The position numbers and the translations under genes are program-made. A stretch of DNA of 64,000 nt, taken from assembly GCF_021733925.1 (NCBI RefSeq), contig NZ_JAIPJY010000022.1; one strand, written 5' to 3'. Shown here one piece after another: positions 19,031 to 30,143 of this stretch (positions are counted from its first letter, which is position 1; every line of letters begins with the position of its first letter). The stretch is from Prosthecobacter sp. GTDB lineage: Bacteria; Verrucomicrobiota; Verrucomicrobiia; Verrucomicrobiales; Verrucomicrobiaceae. Below the pieces are notes generated by a model that was not told where the DNA came from, made no database searches, and saw only the letters and a list, made by a program, of their open reading frames with translations.

Positions 19031-20866
19031 ATGGCTTCTCTCCTCAGTGCGATTCGATGGTATCGAGACGCAGGAAGCTTTGTCATGCCCGGGTCCGGCT
19101 CGGTTGGCAGGGCCCTGCGGCCCTGTTTGTCGATGGGCTTTGCCGCCTTCTTTGGCTCCCTCCTTCCAGGTTTCGCTGCAACAACAGCCGACCTGTCCTT
19201 GGGGGCTAGAGCGGCAGACGCATCCGACCTGCAGCTTTCTCCAGGCTCTGCCTCCAGGGCAGATGTTCTCGCACATTTCAGTGCGGCTCTCCAGTTTGAG
19301 TCTTCCGGGAAACTGCGCCAGGCCCTGGACCATTATCTGGCCGTTTTCAAAGCAGATCCGAGCAATTCGGATCTGGCTGTGCATACCGCCGGGATTGCCA
19401 TGCAGTTCCAAGGACGTGAGGCTGCGATCAAAATCCTCGAGGATGCCGTGCGCGCAAGCCCACGCACTCCCGCGCCGCTGCTCAATCTGGCGCGCTTCGC
19501 CAGCACCTACCCGCCGGAGGACCTGTTCGTCAAAGACGAGGTGCCTTACAAAGCCGTGGCCGAGGCACTGGCCAAATTTCCCACCCATGCCGAAGTCTAT
19601 GAGATGGCGGTCATGCTGCACCTCACCCACAACGAGCGTGACAAGGCCGTTCAGATCATGGAGCAGGCCGCCAATCAGAACAGCCGCGATCCTCAGTACT
19701 GGCTCGCCACGGGACACACCGCCGAACACGTCTGGCCCCTCGGTCAGGCCGAGTTCGGCGTTGAGTATCGCCAGCGGGTGACCCCGTTTTTTGAGAACGC
19801 CCTCAAAACCGCCAGCAAAGCCGAAGCCGAGCAGGTCACCCTCGAAGTCGCCCGGCAGTACCTCCTGACCAACGATCCTGAACGCGCCCGGCAGCTCTGT
19901 GAAAAGCTGGCGGCCGAATACAACAACCTCGACGCCCGCAAACTGCTCTTTCGTCTGTACGTAGCCGCAGAACAGAAAGACAAGGCGCTCTCCACTCTGG
20001 AACAAATCGTCAAACAAGCACCTGCTGACGCCGAGATGCAGCGCCTGCTGGCCAGTGAGTACGACAGGCTCAAGCAGCCCGAAAAGGCCATTGCCCACCT
20101 CGAAGCCGCCATTCAAAACGGCGGCGGCGAGATCGGTGACTACGTCAAACTCGGCTGGGAGCTCTATCAGACGCAAAAGTTCGAGGACATGGTGCGGGTG
20201 GGCCAGCGCAGCGTTCGTTTGTTCCCCGATCATCCGCTCGTGCACTACCAGCTCGCGATCGCCCATCGTGCCCGTGAAGAATGGGCTCCCTCTGTGCAGC
20301 ACTTCGCCGAAGCCGAGCAGTTCGCCAGTTCCACCCAGAGTGAACTGCTCGACCACCTGTTCTACTATCAGTACGGCATCACACTCGAACGCATGGCACG
20401 CTTCGAGGACGCCTCACGCATGCTGGAAAAATCCATCACGCTGACCCCCCGCGAAGAATCCAAGGCCGCCGCCAACACCATGAACTTCCTCGGCTACATG
20501 TGGCTCGATGCCGGCACGCACTTGGATAAAGCAGGCGAACTCATCGCCAAAGCCAACGAACTGCTGCCCAACCAACCCGCCTACATCGACAGCCTCGGCT
20601 GGTTCCATTACAAAAAGGGCAACTATCCCGGAGCACTCAAGGAATTGCAGCGCGCCGAAACACTCCTGGAGCCCATCGCCCCCGAAGATGCCGAGATCCT
20701 CGAACACATCGGCCTCACCCATCAGGCCCTCGGTGACAAAACCAAGGCCCTCGAGTACCTCGAACGCGCCGTAGCACTCAAGACCCCCGATCTGAAAGCC
20801 CGCAAGCGCATCGAGGATGAGCTCAATAAGTTCAAAAGCGGCAAGCCCGACACCGAAAAGAAGTAA
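19031..20866 (+). CDS. TPR repeat protein, probably exported
   Basis: Many TPRs; MNFLGYMW, AYIDSLGWFHYKKG, EILEHIG; true start may be downstream. Confidence 0.85.
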   Translation: MASLLSAIRWYRDAGSFVMPGSGSVGRALRPCLSMGFAAFFGSLLPGFAATTADLSLGARAADASDLQLSPGSASRADVLAHFSAALQFESSGKLRQALDHYLAVFKADPSNSDLAVHTAGIAMQFQGREAAIKILEDAVRASPRTPAPLLNLARFASTYPPEDLFVKDEVPYKAVAEALAKFPTHAEVYEMAVMLHLTHNERDKAVQIMEQAANQNSRDPQYWLATGHTAEHVWPLGQAEFGVEYRQRVTPFFENALKTASKAEAEQVTLEVARQYLLTNDPERARQLCEKLAAEYNNLDARKLLFRLYVAAEQKDKALSTLEQIVKQAPADAEMQRLLASEYDRLKQPEKAIAHLEAAIQNGGGEIGDYVKLGWELYQTQKFEDMVRVGQRSVRLFPDHPLVHYQLAIAHRAREEWAPSVQHFAEAEQFASSTQSELLDHLFYYQYGITLERMARFEDASRMLEKSITLTPREESKAAANTMNFLGYMWLDAGTHLDKAGELIAKANELLPNQPAYIDSLGWFHYKKGNYPGALKELQRAETLLEPIAPEDAEILEHIGLTHQALGDKTKALEYLERAVALKTPDLKARKRIEDELNKFKSGKPDTEKK

Positions 20867-20951
20867 GCTCAGGCATGAACGGCACTCGGTTAAGGCAGGG
20901 CTTCGATAGTTTTTCCACTCACGGCGCATTGTCCACCGTCCTTGGGATCTA

Positions 20952-21167
20952 CTTGGCAAGCTGCCTCAATCTTTCGCCACTCCGCTCCGCCACACTCCAG
21001 TCCCAACGGGACTGCGCATCATAGCGAAGGGTTGCCGAGCCTTGGCGAGGCTACCCTGGTACCCGCCATCCGCACCGGGAAGCAAACCCATCACTTCGCC
21101 GCACCCAGCGTTCACCAGCAGCGTCTGCAAAAAGTCCCGCCCCCGCTTAGAGCGTGCCGCCAGCTCC
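20952..21167 (+). repeat. About 215-bp dispersed REP-like repeat, copy 1 (copy 2 inverted at 56308-56524)
   Basis: CAGTCCC-AAC-GGGACTG hairpin and GCGAAGGGTTGCCGAGCC..GCGAGGCTACCCTGGTACC shared with copy 2. Confidence 0.85.
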
Positions 21168-21207
21168 AAAACTCACGATCCACCCCCTTCACCAACCGCC
21201 ATTTTGG

Positions 21208-22497
21208 TCAGGCATGCAGCCGTTCTTCGGAGTCGATGAAGAACCAGCACACCCCGCCAACCAAATAGGCCACGGCAAACAGCGCGATGTTCACGCTCCA
21301 GTTGTTATCAGTGGCGGCGAGAACCATTGGCACAACCATCGGCGCGATCGCACCGCCCGCGTTACCCATCATGTTCATGCTGCCCGCCAGCGCCCCGGCA
21401 TGCCGCCCTCCCACGTCCATGCACGCCCCCCACGCACCAGGCATCGCCAGGTCGTTGCACAAAGCGGCAAGACCGATGGCAAGCACCGACGCAAGCGGCG
21501 CTTTCATCAGCATCGAGATCAACAGCATCACCCCGGCGAGCGTCAGGCCGATCACGCCCAGCCAGCGCCGTGTTCGGGCGATGCTGCCAAGCATGCGATC
21601 CAGTCGCGCCGAGAACATCCCGGCGGTCACGCAGCCAATGCCGCCGAAAAACAACGGCACACAGGCCAGCAGCGCACGCTCCATTTCCGTGAGTGTGGTG
21701 AACTGCTCCTTCAGATAAGTCGGAAACCACGTGATGTAAAAGTACCACGCATAGGACATGCAGAAGTACTGCGCCCACAGCATCCAAACCGTGCGCGAGG
21801 CAACCAGTCGCCCCCACGGCATGGCATGGTTGCCCGGCGGTTCGGTTTCACCGATGTGCGCAAGCTCCGCAGCGTTCACCGCAGGATGATCTTTGGGATG
21901 ATCGCGGAACCAGCGGAAGAATGACAGCGCCCACACCACCCCGAGCATCCCGAAAATCAGAAACACCCACTTGTAGTGCAGCCCGAGGCCTGCCTTGCCT
22001 CCGCCGCCGCTCGCAAGCATCCACCCCACCAGCAACGGCGTGAACGCCCCGCCCCACCGTGCACTGAGCCAGAGAATCCCCTGCGCTTTGACGCGCTCGG
22101 ACATCGGAAACCACAGCGTAAACGCTTTGGTCAGATTCGGAAAACACCCCGCCTCACCCACACCAAACAGAAACCGTGACACCACCAGCGAACCAAGATT
22201 CCAGGCCCAGCCAGTGGCGACGGTAAAGATCGACCACATCGAAACCACCCGCATCAGCACCCTCCGCGGCCCGATGCGATCCCCCAGCCACCCGCCGGGA
22301 ATTTCAAACAACGCATACGCCCACCCAAACGCCGCAAACGCATAGCCCATCTGTGTCTTCGACAGCCCCAGTTCCTCCTGCATCAATGGCGCAGCCTGCG
22401 AGATGCAAACTCGGTCAATATAAGTGATCACCGCCAGCGTGACGGCAAAAAACAGCACCACCTGACGGGCGCGGGAAGGTCGGAGGGTGGATTCCAT
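21208..22497 (-). CDS. MFS transporter, anion:cation symporter type
   Basis: VITYIDRVCIS, YALFEIPGGWLGDRIGPRR, RFLFGVGEAGCFP, GSMNMMGN. Confidence 0.93.
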   Translation of the reverse strand: MESTLRPSRARQVVLFFAVTLAVITYIDRVCISQAAPLMQEELGLSKTQMGYAFAAFGWAYALFEIPGGWLGDRIGPRRVLMRVVSMWSIFTVATGWAWNLGSLVVSRFLFGVGEAGCFPNLTKAFTLWFPMSERVKAQGILWLSARWGGAFTPLLVGWMLASGGGGKAGLGLHYKWVFLIFGMLGVVWALSFFRWFRDHPKDHPAVNAAELAHIGETEPPGNHAMPWGRLVASRTVWMLWAQYFCMSYAWYFYITWFPTYLKEQFTTLTEMERALLACVPLFFGGIGCVTAGMFSARLDRMLGSIARTRRWLGVIGLTLAGVMLLISMLMKAPLASVLAIGLAALCNDLAMPGAWGACMDVGGRHAGALAGSMNMMGNAGGAIAPMVVPMVLAATDNNWSVNIALFAVAYLVGGVCWFFIDSEERLHA

Positions 22498-22563
22498 GAG
22501 CGGTTGGGTAAACGCGCATGCTGCCACGCGGCCTGACTCAACGTCAACTCCTCAAACATTCCA

Positions 22564-23400
22564 TCAAGGCTCCCCCACCGTCGGATGCGGCACCACAATC
22601 GCGCTCGCTTTCACCGCCCGTGTCAGCACTTCCTTCGGCTGCTTGCCGCTGGGCACCAGCTCATGCGCCATGCCCTGGTAGCGCAGCGGTTTGTAGCCCA
22701 GCGCCAGCAGCGCATCCAGGGGCGCCTGCTTGAGGCCGGGCTTCCAGTAGTCAGGCGCACCGCCCGTTTCATAGTAGTAGATCCAGGTATGCTGCGGGTC
22801 ATACCATCCAGCGCACAGGATCACGTGCCGATGCGGAATGTTCAGCACATCACCCGGCTGCAGCTCCTGCGCGCTTCCAAGCTCCGTGCACACCGCAGGA
22901 AGCTGGCTGGTATCATGCACGCTTGGCAGTTTTAAACAACGCGACACGAAACCCGAGCAGTCCACTCCTGCGGCCATGCTGCTCACAGCCACATTGTCGG
23001 CTCGGCGTTTTTCCGGCGATGACACATCACCACCCGCGCTCCCACTGGCAATGGCGAGATCAAACGAGGCCGGATCATCAAAGCCTCCCCACTTGTACGG
23101 CACACCGCTGTTCACCTCTCCCGGCACCCACCAACCCTTGCGGTCCTGCTGCGGTTCGTGAGTCACATCCGGCGTGTTGACGAGGACGCCTGCCTTGTCC
23201 TTCCCATGCAGGATGTTGCGCGCAAACGGCCGCCACGCATGATTCGCATACCCTTGGGCAATCGCCATCGCCTCATCCGGCGTGACCTGCGAAGGCGCGG
23301 AGGGATCTCCAGGAATCAGCGTCGGCGCTTCGGCGGCAGGTTTCTGCAGCGATTGGCAGCTCGTCATGAGCAGCAGCAGGACGGGGAGGACACACTTCAT
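22564..23400 (-). CDS. Lipoprotein with NlpC/P60-like domain
   Basis: Lipobox-like LLMTSC; PYKWGG, GVDCSGFVS, PGDVL..HVIL (Cys/His dyad). Confidence 0.72.
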   Translation of the reverse strand: MKCVLPVLLLLMTSCQSLQKPAAEAPTLIPGDPSAPSQVTPDEAMAIAQGYANHAWRPFARNILHGKDKAGVLVNTPDVTHEPQQDRKGWWVPGEVNSGVPYKWGGFDDPASFDLAIASGSAGGDVSSPEKRRADNVAVSSMAAGVDCSGFVSRCLKLPSVHDTSQLPAVCTELGSAQELQPGDVLNIPHRHVILCAGWYDPQHTWIYYYETGGAPDYWKPGLKQAPLDALLALGYKPLRYQGMAHELVPSGKQPKEVLTRAVKASAIVVPHPTVGEP

Positions 23401-23491
23401 CGACGGATGATGCGAGGTCCGCCTGCCGGGTCAACCAATTGCGCCTGTTCATTGAGTTGACCTGCCCGTTCTCGATTGCAGACTGCGCGCC

Positions 23492-24913
23492 ATGCCCTCC
23501 CGCCTCCGCCTCGCGGCCTCCCTGCTGCTGGCCACGTTCGCCCTGCGAACGGATGCCGCACCCGCCAAACCTTCCACACGCACCGCCCTCGTCATCGGCA
23601 ATGCGAAGTACGAAGCCGCCGTGGGTTCGCTGCGCAACACCGGCAACGATGCCAAAGCCGTGGCCAAAACCCTGCGCGACCTCGGCTTCGCGGTGATCGA
23701 GAAACACGACGTCACGCGCGATCAACTGCTGCGCGCCGTGGTGGACTTCCGCGCCACATTGACCAATGCCGAAGTCGGCCTGTTTTACTATGCAGGCCAC
23801 GGCCTCTCCGTGGCAGGCTCCAACTACCTGATCCCGATCAAATCCAGCTACTCAGCCGAAGGTGCCGACGACGTGACCCTGCGCCTGCTGGCAGAAACAA
23901 AACTCTTCAATGTCGAGCAGGCCGTGGCCGACATGAAATCCTCCGGCGCGAGTTGCAACCTCGTCATTCTCGACGCCTGCCGCACCACCGCCGTCGCACG
24001 CACCGGACGCACCCGTGACGCCACCAGTGCCGGCGGTCTGAGCGAGATGAAACCACCCGCCGGATCGCTCATCGCCTTCGCCACCGATGCCGGACAAACC
24101 GCCCTCGATGGCGACGGTGCCAACGGCCTCTACACCGAAGAACTCCTCAAAAACCTGCGCACCCCCGGCTTGACGGTTGAGCAGGTCTTCAAACGCACAC
24201 GCGCCGGTGTGCTCGAACGCTCAGACGGCGGGCAGATTCCCGCCGAATACTCACGCCTCGTCGGGGATGACATCTTCCTCGCCGGTCAGGCTCCTGCTCC
24301 GCCGCCACCACCAATGGCAGCAGCACCTGTGGCCGAATCTCCACCCGCCCCGGTTTCAGCACGCGGTCCAGACTCACCGCCAGCACCACCCTTGCCGACC
24401 TTGAAGGAAATCTCAAAGCTGGCCACCGCAGGCAAGGCCCGGGAATGTATCGAAGCCTTGCAGCAGCTCTCAAAGGCCAAAGGCCCCGGTGATTATGCCT
24501 CGCAACCCATCGAAGTACTGCTGGAGCGCGTCAAAGATGACCTCAAAGACGCCACCACCACATCGCCCACCGTCGAATCCGCCGCCAGCACCTGCGAACT
24601 CATCCTCCAAGCCCTGCGCGACTGCCTGCCACCTGATCACGAGAGTAAGATCCCCTTCACCGCCAAGGCTCTGAACCGTCGCGGCGATTCCCTCCTCCTG
24701 CTCGGCCGCGCGGATGAAGCCCTCGACGCCTACAACGCCGCCCTGCCTCTCACCCCCGACGATTCCTACATCCTCTACAACCGCGGTCGCGCCCACCTCG
24801 CCCTCGGCAGCACCGCCGAAGCCAAAGCTGATTTCACAGAGGCCGCGAGCACGAAGTACCATCAGCTCAAAGCCCGCAAACTTGCTGAAGAAGCACTCGC
24901 GAAACTGAAGTAG
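23492..24913 (+). CDS. Caspase-family (peptidase C14) protein with Pro-rich linker and C-terminal TPRs
   Basis: ALVIGNAKY, LRNTGNDA, FYYAGHG, VILDACR, GSLIAFAT; LYNRGRAHLALG TPR. Confidence 0.9.
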   Translation: MPSRLRLAASLLLATFALRTDAAPAKPSTRTALVIGNAKYEAAVGSLRNTGNDAKAVAKTLRDLGFAVIEKHDVTRDQLLRAVVDFRATLTNAEVGLFYYAGHGLSVAGSNYLIPIKSSYSAEGADDVTLRLLAETKLFNVEQAVADMKSSGASCNLVILDACRTTAVARTGRTRDATSAGGLSEMKPPAGSLIAFATDAGQTALDGDGANGLYTEELLKNLRTPGLTVEQVFKRTRAGVLERSDGGQIPAEYSRLVGDDIFLAGQAPAPPPPPMAAAPVAESPPAPVSARGPDSPPAPPLPTLKEISKLATAGKARECIEALQQLSKAKGPGDYASQPIEVLLERVKDDLKDATTTSPTVESAASTCELILQALRDCLPPDHESKIPFTAKALNRRGDSLLLLGRADEALDAYNAALPLTPDDSYILYNRGRAHLALGSTAEAKADFTEAASTKYHQLKARKLAEEALAKLK

Positions 24914-24919
24914 ATTGTC

Positions 24920-25663
24920 TCACTCCTCCCAGCCGATCTTCTCCCGGTTCGCCAGATAGAGCAGGCCCATGAAACGCGCATGGGCGATCAGAAAATAGGC
25001 TGACACCGAGCTGGCGATCAAAGCACGCACAAACGTGGCCTGACCAGCAGGCAGCGCATGCCACACCGTCTGAAACGACAGCGGCACGAGCACCAGTGCC
25101 GCTCCGCAGAGCATGAAGGACGCACCGCTTTTGATGATCGCCGGCAGGATACGATGCGGCAGAACCTGCGAGAAATTGTTGAAAACCACCAGCGCCAGCG
25201 TGCCCATGCAGAAGTACTCGCAGCCAAGCGCCGCCATGATCTGACAAGCCAGTTCACGCCACTCGGGATAGGACGACATGATCTCACCAACCGCAAAAAC
25301 TGGCACCCATGCGATGCACGCCAGCCCCGCCATGCTAAGAAGTGAGGACCACAGATCATCGGTGTCCACCGAGGTGTTCTGCCACTCCTCCTTGCCCCAC
25401 CCAATCAGCGTGTGTTCAATGATGGTGAAATAGCAGCGCACAATGACTCCGACCAGCGCCAGTGCGGCAAAGATGATACGACCAGAAATCAGCACCCGCC
25501 CGCTTTGGAGAGTGCTGATCGTCACCAGCACCAAAAATCCCGCCGCACACAGTACCACGAGCAAAAACCAGCTGATGCGCGCCAACGGGTAGCGCAAGGC
25601 ATCAACACCAGCTGGAGTCGGGCGTGTTTCTTCGGTCATCAGCGCTTTTATCCAGCGCCTCAC
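24920..25663 (-). CDS. Hypothetical multi-pass membrane protein
   Basis: 247-aa ORF with several hydrophobic helices filling the gap between convergent neighbours. Confidence 0.65.
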   Translation of the reverse strand: MRRWIKALMTEETRPTPAGVDALRYPLARISWFLLVVLCAAGFLVLVTISTLQSGRVLISGRIIFAALALVGVIVRCYFTIIEHTLIGWGKEEWQNTSVDTDDLWSSLLSMAGLACIAWVPVFAVGEIMSSYPEWRELACQIMAALGCEYFCMGTLALVVFNNFSQVLPHRILPAIIKSGASFMLCGAALVLVPLSFQTVWHALPAGQATFVRALIASSVSAYFLIAHARFMGLLYLANREKIGWEE

Positions 25664-25707
25664 GGTTTGTCAGCAGAAATATGACAGGGTCGACTCTCTA
25701 TTCTTAC

Positions 25708-28700
25708 TCATGCCACGTCCTCACCACGCGCTCGATGCCCAGCGCCCTGCCTGCGGCGGCACAGAATCACAGCCGCACCACCCAGCAGCAACAGCAGTCC
25801 GCGGGACGGTTCTGGAACGATAAAGATGATGCCTTTGCTGACAAACAACGAAGTGTCCCAACTGAGGCTGCCGATGTCAGGCAGATCAAGGATCGCATCC
25901 GCCTCGATCTGGGAACCGATGCCACTGAGCGTGGCGAAATCGATGAGATCGAAATACTGGCCGTAGGCATAAGTGGCACCATGGTCCGTGACATGAATGG
26001 TCATCAAACTCGTCAGCTCGAGAGCACCTGAAACATCAAGAGAATCATGCTGCGTGGTGGGATCCTGGTCGGGGAGCGCGTCAATCAGCGCACGCGTTTG
26101 AGCGGGTATGAATACAGAGTTTTCCACTCCCAGCGGAGCACTGAGCTGGAGGGTGATCTGCGAGTTGCTGTTGAAGCTGATGTTGCCGTTGATGTTGAGA
26201 GTTCCCACCCCATTGCCGAGCGCAGCCCCCGGCTGAATGGCACCGTTCACCAGAATGTCGCCCGAAACAGTGCCGTTGCCGCCGAGGGTGCCCGTGCTTC
26301 CCACACTGAGCAAACCGCCCGGTGTGAACGTCTTTTGATTCACATACAAGCCGCCGTCGATTTGATTGAGTGAGGAGAGCTGCACCAGCGTGGCGTTGGC
26401 GCCGGTGAGTTCGACGATGGCAGCCTGGCCGATGGTGTAGATGCCTGAGCTGCCGCCAAACGGCTGCAGGTCGATGGACGCGGTGCCGGTGGTGGTGGAG
26501 TCCGCCTTCCAGGTGCCGCCGGTGAGTGTGCCGCCGCCGTCGTTTTGCACCAGCACGTTGTCGTCAAAGGTGCCAGCCAGCGAGGTGGTCAGACGAAAGT
26601 TTCCTCCCAATACTTCAACGGTGCCCTGATTGTCAAAAGTCCCTACTCCTGCAACGGCCGAAAAACTGCGCCTGGTCGGACGATGTCGTGTTCACGCGCA
26701 CCGTGCCGGTGGCGGCATTCGTGAACGTCGTGCCGTTTTCCATCTGATAGTCGTTGTTGTCGTTGAACGCGAAAAGGCCGTTGTTGATGAACTGTCCGGC
26801 ACCGCTCCAGCCCATGTTGTCCGCTGAGTCGTTGGTGACGTTGTGATTGAGGGTCCCATTGTTGACAAAAGTACCGTCGCCGGTGAACAGGCGGTTGAAG
26901 GCGTTCTCGACATTGAAGGTGCCGTTGTTGGTGTAGGTGGCTCCTGTGCTGATGCTGATGGTGGAGCTGTCGTTCCAGTTCACCGTGCCGCCGACGTCAT
27001 TGGCAAAGACACCATCACCGCTCAGGGTGTGTGTGGAGGCCCCTGCGATGTCCAGCGTGCCTTGATTGTGAAACTCCGCCGGTGCTGCCACGGCAATCGC
27101 GCCTCCTGTCCATGACACGGTACCGCTTGCATCATTGATAAACGATCCGGTGCCTGCGTAGCCCGTCGCCGAAGCTCCCGAGGGGATGAGGAAACTGCCC
27201 TGATTGCGCAGAATGGTGCCGTCCGCAAAGGTGATCGTTCCTTCGAGATGGGTGTAGGTGGCACCCGAAGCATTCACGAATTCACCACCGCCGCTCAAGG
27301 TCTTTGTCCCGGCACCCTTCACCGTGAATATCCCCTCATTCGTCAGCGTATGGGCCTGGGTGTTGATCGCCGACTGGTCCCAGAACATGCCATCTCCGCT
27401 GATATTAAAGACAAGACCTCCAGCACCCACCAGCAGGTCGCTGGCCACACTGCCATTGCCACTGCTGCTCACGCGCACCTGCCCTCCGTTGGCAGACGAG
27501 CCCGCAATTGTCCCGGTCCACTGGCCGGCAATGCCCAGCTGACCGCCATCCGCCGTCCAAACCGCCGCAGCATCACTGGTGCCGCCGGCCGCCACATGCA
27601 GAACGCCGGCGTTCGAACGCAGTTCGCTGCCTGCGGCCGCCACAAACGCGCTGCTCACACCCGTGGCATCGCGGTAGATGAAGCTGGCATCAGCTCCGGA
27701 GACGGTTTTGACGACGAGGCCGTGGTTCTCAAAAGCGCCATTTGAGGTGATCTGGATGTCGCCACGGTTCTGGAAGTCGAAGGTGCCGTTGTTCTCAAAG
27801 GTCGCGCTGCTCGTGATGACGAAGTTGTCATTCGCACCACCGTAGGTGTGGTTGAAGGTGCTGTTGTTAATGAAACGCCCGCTTCCTGTGATCGTCACAT
27901 TGCCGTCCACCGGACTAAACTCGGCGGTGCCGTTGTTGACAAGGTTGTTGCCGGTGAGGGTCAGGGTGCCACCGCTCAGCGAAAGCATGCCCGTGGCGCT
28001 GTTCGTGACCGCCACACTGCCGCTGATCGCTGCTGTGCCGGAGATGTTCATCTGGCCGTTGTTGATGACGGCGGTGTCCGCTTTCAGGGTTCCCGAGGAA
28101 TTCAGCGTCAGGGTTCCCGTCGCGCTGTTGATGACTGACGCCGTGCCATTGATCGTCGTTGTACCGCTGGTGAATGCCATCAGGCCATTGTTCGTCAGAT
28201 CGCCGCCAGTCAGCGCCAGCGTTCCAGCAGTGAGTTGAAAAGTGCCCGCGCTGCCGTTTTCAAAACTGCCCGTCCCCTGCACAGTGGTGGTGCTCGTGCT
28301 GGCCGCAAGCCGCAGCAGCCCATCATTGCGCAGGGTGTTGCCGTTCAGGTCGAGCGTGACCGCCGCGTAGGCCGACGAACCGAGTTGCAACCCGCTGCCG
28401 CTCACCTTGAGGATCGTGGTCGCTGCGGCGGCGGTAAACACGCCCCCTGTGGTGGCAGCGGGGTTCTCGTTGCTGATGATGATCGACCCGCCAGAGCTGG
28501 TGTCCGTCACCGCCGTCAGTTCCGTCCAGCGTCCCGAGAATGACAGCGTCCCCCCCGTCGTCGTGGTGAAGGTGCCTGCGGTGGAGCTCCCGCCCGCGAT
28601 GTTCAGGTGGCCGGCATTCACCGTGATGTTTCCCGTGTTTGAAAAAGTTCCGCCGCTTGAGCTGCTGGCCGGGAAAATATAAGAGGGATCGTTCGAGCCG

Positions 28701-29149
28701 CTCAAGGAGCCGGACGATTTGAGAATCAGCCCCGCGTTGGTGAAGGACGAACCGCTGTTCTGCAACTGCAAGTCGCCGCCGCTGGCAAATTCATAGGTGC
28801 CATTGTTCAGGATCGCCACGGCACCACTGACGACCAGATTGTCGCCACTGGTGGCGGTGGCATGGGAGAAAATGCCGCCGGCATCGATCTGCAAAGTCCC
28901 GGTCGAGTTGCTCGTCAGATTGCGATTGTTCGCCGGCACGAAGTTCAGCGTGGCTCCGTTTGGGACGTTGACCACGGCACCATTGTTGATGCCCAGATTG
29001 CCCGCATCCCAAGTGTCGCCGTCCGCGAGCGTGGTGTTGCTCGTGATTGTCGTGCCGCCTATGTCCGCAGCTTGTGCAAAAGGTGAGGCGCACCATGCCG
29101 CCAAGGCGATGCAGACGGTCAGAGTGACATTGAAGCGTGAGTAAAACAT
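25708..29149 (-). pseudogene. About 1146-aa beta-helix/autotransporter-passenger-like PEP-CTERM surface protein split by a +1 frameshift
   Basis: Signal peptide and G/T/N-rich repeats in ORF 26633-29149; ORF 25708-26610 ends VPEPSRGLLLLLGGAAVILCRRR; removing one base from A5 at 26661-26665 joins the frames (QFSAVAGVGTFDNQG). Confidence 0.82.
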
Positions 29150-29163
29150 GAGGACAACAAAAA

Positions 29164-29188
29164 CATCCTGGCGGTGGCCACCAGGATG
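29164..29188 (-). terminator. Terminator-like hairpin just upstream of the PEP-CTERM gene start
   Basis: CATCCTGG-N9-CCAGGATG with T runs on both strands. Confidence 0.5.
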
Positions 29189-29303
29189 CCGGCATTTTTT
29201 TGCTAACTGAAGGGTTTACAAAAAATGATGCCCACGCCCGAACTGTCAAACCACTAGACCTTTACCTTTCACACTCTCTTGTCCCTAAATCCGCCACAGC
29301 AGA

Positions 29304-30125
29304 TCACTCATGCCACGTCCTAGCGATCCTCTCAATGCTCAACGCCTTGCCCGTGGCAGGATCAATCGTGATCAGGGCGCCATTCACCCGCACCGCTCCA
29401 CTCCCCACACCAAAACGTGTGGGCATCATGCTGTGGAATCGTTCGAGCACCGGCTCGATCTGGCTGCCAATCACACTGTCCATCGGGCCGCACATGCCGG
29501 CATCACTTTGAAACGCGGTGCCTTTCGGCAGCACACGCTCGTCGGCGGTGGGCACATGCGTATGGGTGCCGACGACGGCAGAGACTTTGCCGTCCAAATG
29601 CCAGCCCATGGCGACTTTTTCACTGGTGGCCTCAGCATGGAAATCCACAAAGATCACCGGCGTTTCCTCACGCAGCTTTTCCACGCATGCCGTGATGGCC
29701 GGGAAAGGATTGTCGAGTTGCTGGTTCATGAACGTTCGCCCCTGCAGGTTCACCACGGCCACTTTGCACTTCTTCGATTCCAGCACCACGAAGCCGTTGC
29801 CAGGTGTCCCTTCGGGGTAGTTCATCGGCCGCAGCATGCGCGGCTCATCGGCCAGATAGGGCACGATCTCCCGCTGATCCCAGATGTGGTCGCCGCTGGT
29901 CACCACCGCCGCGCCGGCACGCATGAGGCTGATGGCGATCTTCGGCGTGATGCCTCGACCTCCAGCGGAGTTTTCACCATTCACGACAATGAAGTCGAGC
30001 TTCAGCTCCTCCTTGAGCACCGGCAGCAGCAGGCCGACCGCCTTGCGCCCCGGCTCACCCACCACATCGCCCAAAAAAAGGAGGCGAAAGAGTCCATCCG
30101 CACTGTCAGCCGTGTTGTCATTCAT
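29304..30125 (-). CDS. ymdB: TIGR00282/YmdB family metallophosphoesterase
   Basis: LFLGDVVGEPGR, VNGENSAGG, TSGDHIWD, DFHAEATSEK, GTHTHVPTAD, SDAGMCG. Confidence 0.93.
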   Translation of the reverse strand: MNDNTADSADGLFRLLFLGDVVGEPGRKAVGLLLPVLKEELKLDFIVVNGENSAGGRGITPKIAISLMRAGAAVVTSGDHIWDQREIVPYLADEPRMLRPMNYPEGTPGNGFVVLESKKCKVAVVNLQGRTFMNQQLDNPFPAITACVEKLREETPVIFVDFHAEATSEKVAMGWHLDGKVSAVVGTHTHVPTADERVLPKGTAFQSDAGMCGPMDSVIGSQIEPVLERFHSMMPTRFGVGSGAVRVNGALITIDPATGKALSIERIARTWHE

Positions 30126-30143
30126 CGTGGCGCTACATAGTAG

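Noticed and set aside
20869-21216. 9-bp direct repeat TCAGGCATG flanking repeat copy 1 and overlapping the MFS stop, as a fourth 3'-end duplication
   Set aside because: Too short, and similarity does not extend in frame; plausible by chance.
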